From: Flavobacteriales bacterium | GTDB taxonomy: Bacteria > Bacteroidota > Bacteroidia > Flavobacteriales_F > PHOS-HE28 | Reading direction: 5' to 3' | NCBI GenBank assembly: GCA_020847755.1 | Contig: JADLBK010000018.1 | Location: 1-58,227 of the forward strand | DNA length: 58,227 nucleotides | In this document: one piece after another, positions 1 to 9,266 of the stretch | How positions within the stretch are numbered: the first letter of the stretch is position 1 | Layout: the number at the start of each line of letters is the position of its first letter | Program-made: the position numbers and the translations under genes | The notes under the pieces: model-generated | Seen by the model: only the letters and a program-made list of their open reading frames with translations | Databases searched by the model: none | Told to the model about the DNA's origin: nothing

Positions 1-36
1 GACCTCGCGGAGGATATCGTCGGTGTCTTGTGCCAT
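1..36 (-). CDS. First 12 codons of a CDS that runs off the left edge; possibly a SufB-like Fe-S assembly protein
   Basis: ATG at 36-34 on the minus strand reads MAQDTDDILREV and continues out of the window. It lies directly downstream of the IscA/HesB gene on the same strand. Identity is a guess from 12 residues and context. Confidence 0.3.
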   Translation of the reverse strand, partial: MAQDTDDILREV

Positions 37-119
37 GGGAATGCGGGGGGCTAGAACAGGGTAGGTCGACCCGGTGGGTCGACGCTACGGGTGCGTTTCG
101 GGGATGTCGGCGCCATACC

Positions 120-446
120 TTAGATGCTGAAGCTTTCACCACACCCGCAGGTCCGGCTGGCGTTGGGGTTCACGAACTGGAAGCCCTTGCCGTTGAGGCC
201 ACCGCTGAAATCGAGCGTGGTACCCAGGAGGTAGAGCAGGCTCTTCTTGTCCACCACCACCTTCACGCCGTTGTCCTCGAAGACCTTGTCGCCCTCCTTC
301 ATCTGGTCGTCGAAGGTGAGGTCGTACATCAGGCCGCTGCAGCCGCCGCCCTTCACGCCCACGCGGACGAAGTGGTTCGGGCCGCGGCCTTCCTGGCCCA
401 GGAGCTTGGTGACTTCCGCCTTGGCGGGTTCGGAGACCTTGATCAT
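120..446 (-). CDS. Iron-sulfur cluster insertion/assembly protein, HesB/IscA/ErpA family
   Basis: 108 aa. Typical A-type carrier sequence with the C-terminal CGCGESF motif and an internal GGGCSG. Confidence 0.9.
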   Translation of the reverse strand: MIKVSEPAKAEVTKLLGQEGRGPNHFVRVGVKGGGCSGLMYDLTFDDQMKEGDKVFEDNGVKVVVDKKSLLYLLGTTLDFSGGLNGKGFQFVNPNASRTCGCGESFSI

Positions 447-490
447 TGCTGTTCGGTCTTATTTAGATTAGTTCTAAACAAGTTTCAGAG

Positions 491-498
491 CAAAGGTA
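491..498 (-). promoter_or_regulatory. Candidate Bacteroidota sigma-A -7 box (TACCTTTG on the minus strand) for the IscA gene
   Basis: Plus-strand CAAAGGTA equals minus-strand TACCTTTG. It matches the TAnnTTTG consensus and lies 45 nt upstream of the ATG at 446. Confidence 0.35.
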
Positions 499-562
499 AT
501 CCCCCCACAGCGCCTGACAAGGGGTGCTGTGGAACACCGGTGGCGGACAAGGGGTTCACCGG

Positions 563-570
563 TACTTTTG
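563..570 (+). promoter_or_regulatory. Candidate -7 box TACTTTTG for thiL
   Basis: Exact TAnnTTTG match 15 nt upstream of the ATG at 585. Confidence 0.4.
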
Positions 571-584
571 CCCTCACCCGATCC

Positions 585-1628
585 ATGAGCGACACCCCCA
601 CCCGCACCGAGCTCTCCGCCCTGGGCGAGTTCGGCCTCATCGACCGCCTGGCCGCCCGGGTGCGGCTCACCCAACCTTCATCCGTGAAAGGGATGGGGGA
701 CGATGCCGCGGTGATCGACCCTGCCGGTCTGTACCAGGTGGTCACCACCGACATGCTGGTGGAGGGCGTGCATTTCGACCTGGCGTACATGCCCCTGAAG
801 CACCTCGGCTACAAGGCCATCGTGGTGAACCTGAGCGATGTGTACGCCATGAACGCCGAGCCGCGCCAGGTGACCGTTGCGCTGGCCCTGAGCAATCGTT
901 TCCCGGTGGAGGCGGTGGATGAGCTCTACGAGGGCATGCTGCTGGCCTGCCAGCAGTACGGCGTGGACCTGGTGGGCGGCGACACCTGCAGCAGCCGCAG
1001 CGGACTGGTGATCGCGGTGACCGCCATCGGCGCGGCAAGGTCCGAGGAACTGGTGTACCGCAACGGGGCCGGCGAGCACGACCTGCTGGTGGTGAGCGGC
1101 GATCTGGGCGGTGCCTACATGGGCCTTCAGGTGCTCGAGCGCGAGAAGTCCGTCTTCACGGAAACAGGTGCCCAGCCCGACCTCGCTGGTCACGACTACA
1201 TCCTGGAGCGCCAGTTGAAGCCCGAGGCCCGCAAGGACATCATCGTGTTGCTGAAGCAGCTCGGTGTGAAGCCCACCGCCATGATCGACATCAGCGACGG
1301 GTTGGCCAGCGAAGCGCTCCACATCGCGCGCAGTTCGGGCTTGGGCGTGCGCGTCTACGACGAGAAACTGCCCATCGATCCGCACACGTTCAACACGGCC
1401 CGCGACTTCCACCTGGACCCCACGGTGTGCGCGCTCAGTGGGGGCGAGGACTACGAGCTGCTCTTCACGATCCGCCAGGCCGACTTCGAGGCGATCAAGG
1501 GCAACCCGAACCTCACCGTTGTGGGCCACATGACCGATGCGAACAGTGGCTACCGCCTGGTGGACAAGCAGGGTGGCGAGCACGAGCTCACGGCCCAGGG
1601 CTGGGATGCCTTCCTGAAGAAGGGCTAG
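585..1628 (+). CDS. thiL: Thiamine-monophosphate kinase (AIR synthase-related fold)
   Basis: Internal ATG of the 30..1628 ORF. MSDTPTRTELSALGEFGLIDRL...GDDAAV...VEGVHFDL is the canonical ThiL N-terminus. The upstream part of the ORF is antisense to the IscA gene. Confidence 0.9.
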   Translation: MSDTPTRTELSALGEFGLIDRLAARVRLTQPSSVKGMGDDAAVIDPAGLYQVVTTDMLVEGVHFDLAYMPLKHLGYKAIVVNLSDVYAMNAEPRQVTVALALSNRFPVEAVDELYEGMLLACQQYGVDLVGGDTCSSRSGLVIAVTAIGAARSEELVYRNGAGEHDLLVVSGDLGGAYMGLQVLEREKSVFTETGAQPDLAGHDYILERQLKPEARKDIIVLLKQLGVKPTAMIDISDGLASEALHIARSSGLGVRVYDEKLPIDPHTFNTARDFHLDPTVCALSGGEDYELLFTIRQADFEAIKGNPNLTVVGHMTDANSGYRLVDKQGGEHELTAQGWDAFLKKG

Positions 1629-1629
1629 G

Positions 1630-3222
1630 TCACTCCTTCACCACGCGCACCACACTGCGCTGAGCGCCATCGCGCACCTCCACCGCATAGAGGCCGCTGG
1701 GCCAGCTGGTGCCGAGGTCATCGTGGTAGCTACCGGCATGCACCAGGCGACCGTTCGTGTCGAACGCGTGCACCAACGCCGAGCTGCCGGGCCGAGGCGT
1801 GAGCGCGAAGCCTTGCGTGAAGGGCGAGGGGAACGCGATGAGCACCGGCCTGCCCGGCCCCTCCGGCACCGCGGTCGAAGGGTTGGTGATGCGCCCGATG
1901 GCGAAGCTCTGCACCCCGCTTGCGCCGGTCTGCAGTGGTGGGAAGCTGAACACGTCGTTGCTGTGGTTGCTGAAGTAGAGGGTGCCGTTCGCTGGACAGG
2001 TGATGGTCTGGCTGGAGACGAAGCCGGTGGGTGCGCTGGTGGAGGTCCATTGCGGCGTTCCGTCCGGGTCGAAGGCCACGATCGTCTGCGCATGGTCGGT
2101 GACCGCACCGGCCACGCTTGTAACACCATTGCCCCAATCCACCACGCCGCGTACGGAGCCGGTGAGGTAGGGGATGCCCGCACCGTCCACCGCCAGGCAG
2201 CTGCGGGTTCCGGCCTCCATGTCGCCGGTGATCGTTCCGCCGACCGGATCGCTCGTCACGCCCCACAGGAACTGGCCGGTGCTGTCGGCCTTCGCCAGGA
2301 AGGTGGCGGACATCCAATCCGCGCCGTTGAGCCAGATGCCACCCCACGAGGTGCTGTCCGCGATGTTGCCTCCGAGGTATGCATGACCGGCGTGGTCCGC
2401 GATCACCATGGGGTACTGGAAGGTGATGTCGTGCGCGAAGCGCGCCCAATCCCCGGTGCCATCGGGCTTGAAGCGGCACAGGAACATGAGGTAGGGCTCG
2501 TTGGCGGGCTGGGCGGGGTTGATCCCGCCGAACGCGAAACCGCCGTTATCGGTGCCGCCGCTCACGTACAGCCCGCCCCATGGATCGAAGCTCATGCCGC
2601 CGATGGTCTTGCCCCCGTCGATGGTGCGCAGCTCTGCATCGTTCCCGTTCGCGTCGACCTTGCTGATGCGGGTGAGCATGAAGTCGCTGGTGGCGTACCA
2701 CAGGGCGCCGGTGTGATCGAAGGCGAGCGCGGCCATCATGGTGGCGTTCGGCTGCGTGAGCGAGAGGTTCCGCATCCACACCGGTGCGCCGGTGGGGTCG
2801 AACTTGATCAGGTACAGGTCCACGTCGAGCCCGGTGCCGGAATGGCCAAGGGTGGACCCGTCGCACAAGGCCATGTCCTCCATGAACTGACCGGCCACGT
2901 ACACATTGCCGCTGTCGTCCACAACGCCGCATTCCACGGTGACCTTCTGGCCCAGCCCGCACGACCACAGGGGCTGCCCGATGGCGGGATCGAGCCGGTG
3001 CACCACGGCACCACCGAACACCTCGCTGCCGTACAGCTGGGTCACCCCGTCGAGCCGGGCGGTCATCAAGGCCCCGCCCGGGGAGGCGGCGAGCACGTGG
3101 CGCGGCATGCCGGGGTTCATCGTCCAGTTCACGGGCCAGCCCACGAGCCAGTCGGGTTGCTGGGCCGATGCGGAGAAGACGAGAAGCGCTGCCGATAAGG
3201 CGGGGAGGAATGGTGTTCTCAT
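1630..3222 (-). CDS. Secreted beta-propeller-like repeat protein with a T9SS type A C-terminal sorting domain
   Basis: Signal peptide MRTPFLPALSAALLVFSASAQQ. Repeated G-rich beta-strand modules. C-terminus ...GLYAVEVRDGAQRSVVRVVKE is typical of a Por_Secre_tail CTD. Confidence 0.8.
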   Translation of the reverse strand: MRTPFLPALSAALLVFSASAQQPDWLVGWPVNWTMNPGMPRHVLAASPGGALMTARLDGVTQLYGSEVFGGAVVHRLDPAIGQPLWSCGLGQKVTVECGVVDDSGNVYVAGQFMEDMALCDGSTLGHSGTGLDVDLYLIKFDPTGAPVWMRNLSLTQPNATMMAALAFDHTGALWYATSDFMLTRISKVDANGNDAELRTIDGGKTIGGMSFDPWGGLYVSGGTDNGGFAFGGINPAQPANEPYLMFLCRFKPDGTGDWARFAHDITFQYPMVIADHAGHAYLGGNIADSTSWGGIWLNGADWMSATFLAKADSTGQFLWGVTSDPVGGTITGDMEAGTRSCLAVDGAGIPYLTGSVRGVVDWGNGVTSVAGAVTDHAQTIVAFDPDGTPQWTSTSAPTGFVSSQTITCPANGTLYFSNHSNDVFSFPPLQTGASGVQSFAIGRITNPSTAVPEGPGRPVLIAFPSPFTQGFALTPRPGSSALVHAFDTNGRLVHAGSYHDDLGTSWPSGLYAVEVRDGAQRSVVRVVKE

Positions 3223-3342
3223 GGCTGGTCGTACACCAGGAAGACCGGCGTGTGAAGCTCAACGTTGCCCGCCGAGGACGAATGCCGGATCTTCTGCTGA
3301 TGGAGCGGGAAAAAGGCGGGATGGACCGGCTGGAACGCGGGC

Positions 3343-4902
3343 TCAGGCCGCCCGGCTTTTTCCGCGGGCCCGCTCCCGGACAAGCTCGCCATAGGGTCTG
3401 CCAGAAAGATGGCTCTCCGCCCAGGTCAACGGGTCAAGGTGTTCGAAGGCCGGTTGTTCCAACGGGTCGCCGGCGAGCTGGGCAAGGTCGTCGTGGAAGC
3501 GCTGGAAGGCGGCACGCTGCTGAAGGATAGGCAGCGGCTTCAGCAGGTCACGCACGAGGCGCAGAAAGACCTGTTCGAAGCGGTGGGTGCGTGAACGACC
3601 TTTCAGGTACCGTTCCGTATTTCGGAGGGTGTAGTGCAGCAGCTCCTTGTCCTCGGTCTCCAGCCGCAGCATCAATTCCAGCATGCGTGCGTATGACACG
3701 ATGCCACCCTGGTCGTCTTGGGCCTCGTTCAGCAGGCGATGGCACCAGCGTAGGGCTTCCGCCGGTCGGCCCCCGCCGAACAAGGCCATCGCAACCTGGA
3801 ACATGTGCCCCGCGCGGCGAAGGGTCCCCAGCGCCTCGCCATGCCGTTCCAGCCCGCGTTCGACGGTGGGCACCAGCGCGAGAGCGTGATCGAACTCTCC
3901 GCTGGCGCAGTGGATGCTGAGCTCCAGGGAGGTGCCCGTGGCGAACAGTTTCATCTCAAGGTCCTCCGTGTCGGGCATCTGCCAGGCAGCCGGGGCCAGT
4001 CGATAGGCGTGCAGGTGTTCACTCGCCTCCTTGAAGCGACCTGTGCGGGTGCAGACATAAGCCAGGTTGCTCAGTACCGCCAGCAACCGGTACGGCTCGT
4101 CGATGAAGATCGGCCGCTCGGCCTCGAGCAGGTCGCGGTTCGCAAGAAGGTGCGCATGGCTGGCCTCGAGGTCACCGGTGGCAAAGCCGGCCACGGCCTC
4201 CAGATGGTGGTGCAGGTAGCGTGCCTGGGCCGAGCCAAGGGCATCCACCTGCGGTCGGCCCGGACGTGCCATGATCGCCCGCACCCGCTCCACTTGCGCC
4301 GTGTTCCGGGCCTGACCTTCCCCATAGAGCGTCAGATACACTTCGCTTTTCAGGTCCCACAGCGCGTCGAGCTCCGTCATCCGCGCAAGCAGCCGTGCGG
4401 TCCGCTGGCGCTGCTCATCGAGCGTGGCCGCGGTCACGCCTTGGTAGTGCGTCCGCTCAAGCAGGCGGCGCTGCCACACGTGGACCTCGGCGAGCACGTG
4501 GAACTTCTCATGCTTGGCGGCAAGACGCTCCACACCCCCCAGATGCCGCTCGGCATCGGCATACAGGGCCCGTTGGTAGAGCACCTCCACCTCGTGCATG
4601 CGGCGGCGCAGCCTGGCGTCCACGGAGGAATGGGCGTGATAGGCCGACAGGCTCTCCAGGATGGAGTTGTGCAGGCGCTGCTTGGCGATGGCTAAGCGCG
4701 CAGTGAACCCCCGTCCCTTGAACCGCCGCAGCAACGCTTCCTCGTCATAGACATCCATCGCGGCAATGGCATTGAAGAGCAGCAGATGGTTGCTCCGCCC
4801 CCGGATCAGGTGCCTCCCCGCATACAGCTTGAAATAGCGCTTCTCGGCCGCATCCATCGACCGGATCAGCCGGTGGACCTGATCGGACGCTTTCCTCGAC
4901 AT
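3343..4902 (-). CDS. Conserved hypothetical helical-repeat (TPR-like) protein
   Basis: Start taken at MSRKASDQVHRLIRSMDAAEKRYFKLY (ATG 4902). Long alpha-helical composition and coding-like GC3. No function recognised. Confidence 0.7.
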   Translation of the reverse strand: MSRKASDQVHRLIRSMDAAEKRYFKLYAGRHLIRGRSNHLLLFNAIAAMDVYDEEALLRRFKGRGFTARLAIAKQRLHNSILESLSAYHAHSSVDARLRRRMHEVEVLYQRALYADAERHLGGVERLAAKHEKFHVLAEVHVWQRRLLERTHYQGVTAATLDEQRQRTARLLARMTELDALWDLKSEVYLTLYGEGQARNTAQVERVRAIMARPGRPQVDALGSAQARYLHHHLEAVAGFATGDLEASHAHLLANRDLLEAERPIFIDEPYRLLAVLSNLAYVCTRTGRFKEASEHLHAYRLAPAAWQMPDTEDLEMKLFATGTSLELSIHCASGEFDHALALVPTVERGLERHGEALGTLRRAGHMFQVAMALFGGGRPAEALRWCHRLLNEAQDDQGGIVSYARMLELMLRLETEDKELLHYTLRNTERYLKGRSRTHRFEQVFLRLVRDLLKPLPILQQRAAFQRFHDDLAQLAGDPLEQPAFEHLDPLTWAESHLSGRPYGELVRERARGKSRAA

Positions 4903-5013
4903 GGGGCTTGACCTGATGAAAGGAAAGCTAGCCTGTTCGTGTGTCCACGGGTGCACGTTCGCGAGGAACGGGCAGCTTGCTTCGGGAAGCGGCAGGAACA
5001 CGGCGGAACGACA

Positions 5014-5037
5014 ACGCCCTGGACCAGGCCAGGGCGT
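5014..5037 (-). terminator. Terminator-like hairpin after the regulator-kinase-lipoprotein operon
   Basis: Perfect 9-bp stem ACGCCCTGG/CCAGGGCGT with a 6-nt loop, 23 nt downstream of the stop at 5060. No strong U-tract. Confidence 0.4.
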
Positions 5038-5059
5038 CGATCATTCGCGGTCCGAACGG

Positions 5060-5371
5060 TCAGTTGCCGGTCGATCCGTTGTTCTTCTTCTTGTTCCGCT
5101 CGCCATCGGCATCCTCATCCCCGTCATCGGAGATGTCGCCGTCATCCTCTCCACCACCCTGTTCGTCCAGATCACCGGACCGAACGATGGCTCCCTGACC
5201 TTCAGGCTCTCCTTTCCCTGCCGCAGCGGCTCCGGCCATGCTGCCGCTCGGCTCCTCCTGCATGCGCTTGTCCTCGCCCTGGGTAAGTTGGTCCGTGGGC
5301 ACGACCTGTTCTTTGGTGCATGCGGCGAGCGCAACGACCATCAACAGGCAGGCGATGAGGTTCCGGACCAT
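5060..5371 (-). CDS. Small acidic, probably disordered lipoprotein
   Basis: Lipobox-like MVRNLIACLLMVVALAAC followed by a D/E/G-rich tail. Its ATG overlaps the kinase stop (TGATG). Third-position GC is coding-like. Confidence 0.55.
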   Translation of the reverse strand: MVRNLIACLLMVVALAACTKEQVVPTDQLTQGEDKRMQEEPSGSMAGAAAAGKGEPEGQGAIVRSGDLDEQGGGEDDGDISDDGDEDADGERNKKKNNGSTGN

Positions 5372-8300
5372 CAGGTTTCAAAGATAGGGTGCCCAGGCCC
5401 CGTTCGCAAATCGGTTCCGTGGCGGGGTGATGGACCGTTGCCGGGCAGGTCGATCGTGACCCGGGTGCCAAGGACCCTTCCATCGGACCCTTGTACTTGT
5501 TCGGGTCCTACGATCCGGATGTCGGTCACCTGCAGGTTCCGCAGCACATCGGCCCGCCCCTTGGTGATCTCGATCCCCCTGGAGATATGGTCCCCGGTCT
5601 GTTTACGCGCCTTGCTCTGCTCGATGCCCAGCCCATCGTCGGCGATGGTGACCCGCACGCGGCCAGGCCCGCCCGGCGAAACCCGGATGGTGACCTGGCC
5701 CTGGCGCTCGGTGGGCAGAATGCCATGCCAGATGCTGTTCTCCACATAGGGCTGCAACATCATGGCCGGCAGCCGAACATGGAGCGTGTCCACGCCCGGC
5801 TCCACGGTCAGTACGTAGCGGAACCGGTCCTTGAAGCGCATGTGCTCCAGAACGAGATACAGCTCCAGTCGTTCGAGCTCCTCGGCCAGACTGGTGGTAT
5901 CGCTCTGGCTGGCGTCCAGGTTCTTGCGGATAAGCTTGGCGAAGCTGGTGAGATAGCGGTTGGCCGTGGCCCGGTCCTGTTTGTTGATGTGGTATTGGAT
6001 GCTGTTGAGGGCGTTGAAGATGAAGTGCCGGTTCATGTTCGCGTTCAGCGCCTGCTGCTCGAGCTGGAGCATGCGCGAGCGGAGCATCAACTGGCGGGTG
6101 CGTTCCTGGCGACGGCGCTGCACGGACCGGTATCGGGCCACACCACCCACGGAACCGATCACCACGGCCCCGGTGAGCGCGAAGAACCACCAACGGGCCC
6201 AGAACGGGGGCTGTACATCGAAGGCATATTCCTTCGGTGCGCTCCACCGGCCACTGCGCCCCCTGGCCATCACCTGGAACACGTAGTGCCCATGCGGTAG
6301 ATTGCTGAAGCTTGCAGAGCGCACGTCCGTTTCGGGCAACCAGTCATTGTCATGGCCCAGCAGACGATAGCGGTAGACCACCTGCTCCGGCGCGTTCAGG
6401 CTGATGCCGGCGTAGTCGAAGGTGAGGTGGTTGCGCTCATAGGGGAGAAGGAGCCCGGTGGGAAGCCCGGTGACCGTGTCGGACCCAGCGGATCGCCCTT
6501 CCCATCCCGAGGGCCGCAGGAACCACCGGAGGCCCGTGATGTGGAGCGGGATGACGCCCCCATGCCGTGAGCGTTCCGGACCGGGCAGGTGCACCACCAG
6601 GCCGCGGGAGGTGCCGAAGAGCAACCGCCCCTTGGTGTCGAGGTGCGATGCGTTCAGGTTGCATTCCAAGCTCAGCAGTCCATCGCTGGTGGTGTAGTGC
6701 GTTACTCCGCCCCCAGTGGCCAGCAGGCTGTCGGGGGTCACCTGGAACAGCCCGTTGTTGGTGCCCACCCAGAGATGCCCATCCGCGGTGGTGCGCAACA
6801 GGTCGATGTAGTTGGACCCGAAGTCCGGGGCGAGGCGGAGCACACGCGGGCCGGATCCCGTGAAGCACACCAACCCGTCCGCTGTACCGGCCCAGACCCG
6901 CCCACCATGGTCCTCCGCCAGGCAATAGACCGCACCGGCCGGAAGCTCCCGGCCTGCGGTCCATGTGGTCCAACCATTCGGACCCCGGCGGGCCACACCC
7001 ACTTCGTGGGCGGCCCATAGATGGCCCTGGCGATCGCGATGCAGGGCCCGGATGGACCGGAGCTGTGTGCCAGGCGGGCCGGGTTCACGTTGCAGCCGGC
7101 CCTCGCGGATCGAGAAGAGCCCTTCTCGTGCGCCGCACCACAGCGTACCATCCGCATCCTCGTGCAGGGCCACCACACGCTCATCACGCAGCGACAAGCT
7201 ATCCGGCAACGGCACCACCACGCCATTGCGCAGCCTGCACAATCCGTCACTGGTGCCGAACCACAGGCTGTTGTCCCGGCGGCGCAGTCCGGTCCAGACC
7301 GTGTTGTTCGGCAGGCCGTCCAGGGTGCTCACCAGCGCCATGCCGTCCATCCGGCAGATGCCGTTGCCGTAGGTGCCCAGCCACAGGTCGTTCGCGCTGT
7401 CGGCCACCAGGCACATCACCTGGTCGCTGCACAATCCGTCGCGCTGGGTGTAAGTGACAAAGCGGTCGCCGGTCCATCGCAGGATGCCCGCCCCGTCCGT
7501 CCCCAACCACAGGTCGCCGTGGTCATCCACCGATACGCACCAGATGTTGTCGTTCGGCATCCCTTGGTTCACCGTGAGCGCACGGATGCGCCCGCCTTCG
7601 ATGACGTTGACGCCGAACTTGCTGGCCAGCCACACGCGGCCCTGTCGATCGACCGTCACGCTGCGCACGTTGTTCTGCAACAGGCCGTCGCTCTCATCGA
7701 TCTCCTCCACGGCGCCGCTCGGACGCAGCGCGAAGACCCCCTGGCCGAATGTGGCCACCCACAAGGTGCCATCGCTGCCCACGGCCATGCTGCTCACGTT
7801 GGAACGGTCCTCGCTTCCCAAGGCCACGACCGAACACCGGCCATCGGCCCAGCGGAGGAGACCGTTGCGCAGGCCGATGTAGATGGTGCCGTCCGGCAGG
7901 CACAGCAGCGACCGCACGGTGCCCGCGGTGTCGGTGGGGAAGCCTTCGAGTTCGCGGATCCGGCCGTCCTCGTGCACAAGTACGCCCCGGTCCTCCACCC
8001 CGATCAGCTCACGCCCGTTCGCATCGGTGGCAAGGGCGGTGATGCGTGGCCGATCAAGGCCGGGAAGCGGGATCGGGACCACCTCAATGCCATGCCGGAA
8101 ACTGACAAGGCCTCCACCGGTGCCGCACCACATCGAGCCGTCCGAACGGGGCAGCAGGGCGTTCACTTGTGCATCGGGCAAACCTTGCTGCAGCGCGTGG
8201 TTGCGGAAACCGCTGCCATCGAAGCGGCTCACTCCGCCCAGCGTGCCGACCCACAGAAAGCCCTGTGCGTCCTGTGCGATCGTGCGCACCTGGCTCTGGG

Positions 8301-8403
8301 CAAGGCCGTCCCGTGTGGTGTAATGGATGAACCCGAACTGCTGGGCCTTCAGCAGGCCCGTGGACCCCAGCAGCAGCCCGAGCAGCCAGCCCGTGCACCG
8401 CAT
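5371..8403 (-). CDS. Sensor histidine kinase: signal peptide, two-component-regulator propeller repeats, Y_Y_Y domain, TM segment, LytS/YehU-type His_kinase + HATPase
   Basis: 1010 aa. Repeated ...GL.....V..I..D..G..W.GT.GGL motifs. A TM segment (WWFFALTGAVVIGSV) is followed by NRHFIFNALNSIQYHI (PF06580-type) and a C-terminal ATPase. Confidence 0.9.
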   Translation of the reverse strand: MRCTGWLLGLLLGSTGLLKAQQFGFIHYTTRDGLAQSQVRTIAQDAQGFLWVGTLGGVSRFDGSGFRNHALQQGLPDAQVNALLPRSDGSMWCGTGGGLVSFRHGIEVVPIPLPGLDRPRITALATDANGRELIGVEDRGVLVHEDGRIRELEGFPTDTAGTVRSLLCLPDGTIYIGLRNGLLRWADGRCSVVALGSEDRSNVSSMAVGSDGTLWVATFGQGVFALRPSGAVEEIDESDGLLQNNVRSVTVDRQGRVWLASKFGVNVIEGGRIRALTVNQGMPNDNIWCVSVDDHGDLWLGTDGAGILRWTGDRFVTYTQRDGLCSDQVMCLVADSANDLWLGTYGNGICRMDGMALVSTLDGLPNNTVWTGLRRRDNSLWFGTSDGLCRLRNGVVVPLPDSLSLRDERVVALHEDADGTLWCGAREGLFSIREGRLQREPGPPGTQLRSIRALHRDRQGHLWAAHEVGVARRGPNGWTTWTAGRELPAGAVYCLAEDHGGRVWAGTADGLVCFTGSGPRVLRLAPDFGSNYIDLLRTTADGHLWVGTNNGLFQVTPDSLLATGGGVTHYTTSDGLLSLECNLNASHLDTKGRLLFGTSRGLVVHLPGPERSRHGGVIPLHITGLRWFLRPSGWEGRSAGSDTVTGLPTGLLLPYERNHLTFDYAGISLNAPEQVVYRYRLLGHDNDWLPETDVRSASFSNLPHGHYVFQVMARGRSGRWSAPKEYAFDVQPPFWARWWFFALTGAVVIGSVGGVARYRSVQRRRQERTRQLMLRSRMLQLEQQALNANMNRHFIFNALNSIQYHINKQDRATANRYLTSFAKLIRKNLDASQSDTTSLAEELERLELYLVLEHMRFKDRFRYVLTVEPGVDTLHVRLPAMMLQPYVENSIWHGILPTERQGQVTIRVSPGGPGRVRVTIADDGLGIEQSKARKQTGDHISRGIEITKGRADVLRNLQVTDIRIVGPEQVQGSDGRVLGTRVTIDLPGNGPSPRHGTDLRTGPGHPIFET

Positions 8404-9179
8404 CAGAAGGTGGGGATCAGGGCGAGGAAGTCAGGCATCTTGCGGCGCGATACGGGGATCATCGCTCCGTTGTCCAGCACGGCCATGTTGCCTTCGCCGC
8501 GGCTGAAGGCTCGAAGGTGCTCGAGATTGATGATGTATGATTTATGGACGCGGAAGAAGCGCTTCGGGTCCAGGTTGTTCTCGAACACCCGGATGTGCTT
8601 GCTGCTGATCTGCCGCTTGCCGTCGCGCGTATGGATGGTGGTGTAGCTGTCGCTGGCCTCCAGGTAAAGGATGTCCTCGTGCCGTACCAAGGTGAGCCCG
8701 TCGCGTCCGGGCACGGCCATGCGCTTGCTCAAGGGCGAGGCGGGGTCGAGCAGCAACGCCGCGATGGCCCCGGTCTGTTGCGGTGCGGCCGTGGGATCCG
8801 ACGTCATTCGACGAAGCTTCGAAGACGCCCGCTTGAGCTCCTCCACGTCAATCGGTTTCTCCAGGTAGTCGAGGGCGTTCTCCTTGAAGGCCTGCAGCGC
8901 ATATTCGTAGTAAGCGGTGGTGAACACCACCGGCAGCTCCTGGCCTTGCAGGGAGCGAAGCAGGGCGAAACCATCCTCGCCCGGCATCTTGATGTCCAGG
9001 AACAGCGCCTGAGGATGTTCCGTCGCGATCAGCTCGCGCGCCTCCTGGGCGCTTCCGGCCGAGCCCACCACCATCAGGTCGGGGCAGTGCTCCTCCAGCA
9101 TCATCCGCAGGTTCTCCCGGGCGTCGGGTTCGTCGTCCACGATCAGTACACGCATGGCCGATGGGTTTGGTGGGCTCAA
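8403..9179 (-). CDS. LytR/AlgR (LytTR) family response regulator
   Basis: The receiver starts MRVLIVDDEPDARENL. C-terminal LytTR domain (FFRVHKSYIINLEHL). Its stop overlaps the kinase ATG (TGATG). Confidence 0.92.
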   Translation of the reverse strand: MSPPNPSAMRVLIVDDEPDARENLRMMLEEHCPDLMVVGSAGSAQEARELIATEHPQALFLDIKMPGEDGFALLRSLQGQELPVVFTTAYYEYALQAFKENALDYLEKPIDVEELKRASSKLRRMTSDPTAAPQQTGAIAALLLDPASPLSKRMAVPGRDGLTLVRHEDILYLEASDSYTTIHTRDGKRQISSKHIRVFENNLDPKRFFRVHKSYIINLEHLRAFSRGEGNMAVLDNGAMIPVSRRKMPDFLALIPTF

Positions 9180-9266
9180 GCTAGGGCGCGCCCGCGGTGG
9201 TTCTCAGGCCCGTCGCCTGACCGGTGCGTGCGATCGAGCGGACCGTCATCCCGGTCGTGTGGACCG

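Noticed and set aside
30-584. N-terminal 185-codon extension of the ThiL ORF
   Set aside because: It overlaps the IscA gene in antisense and crosses the AT-richer promoter region. The canonical ThiL N-terminus begins at the internal ATG at 585, which follows a -7 box.
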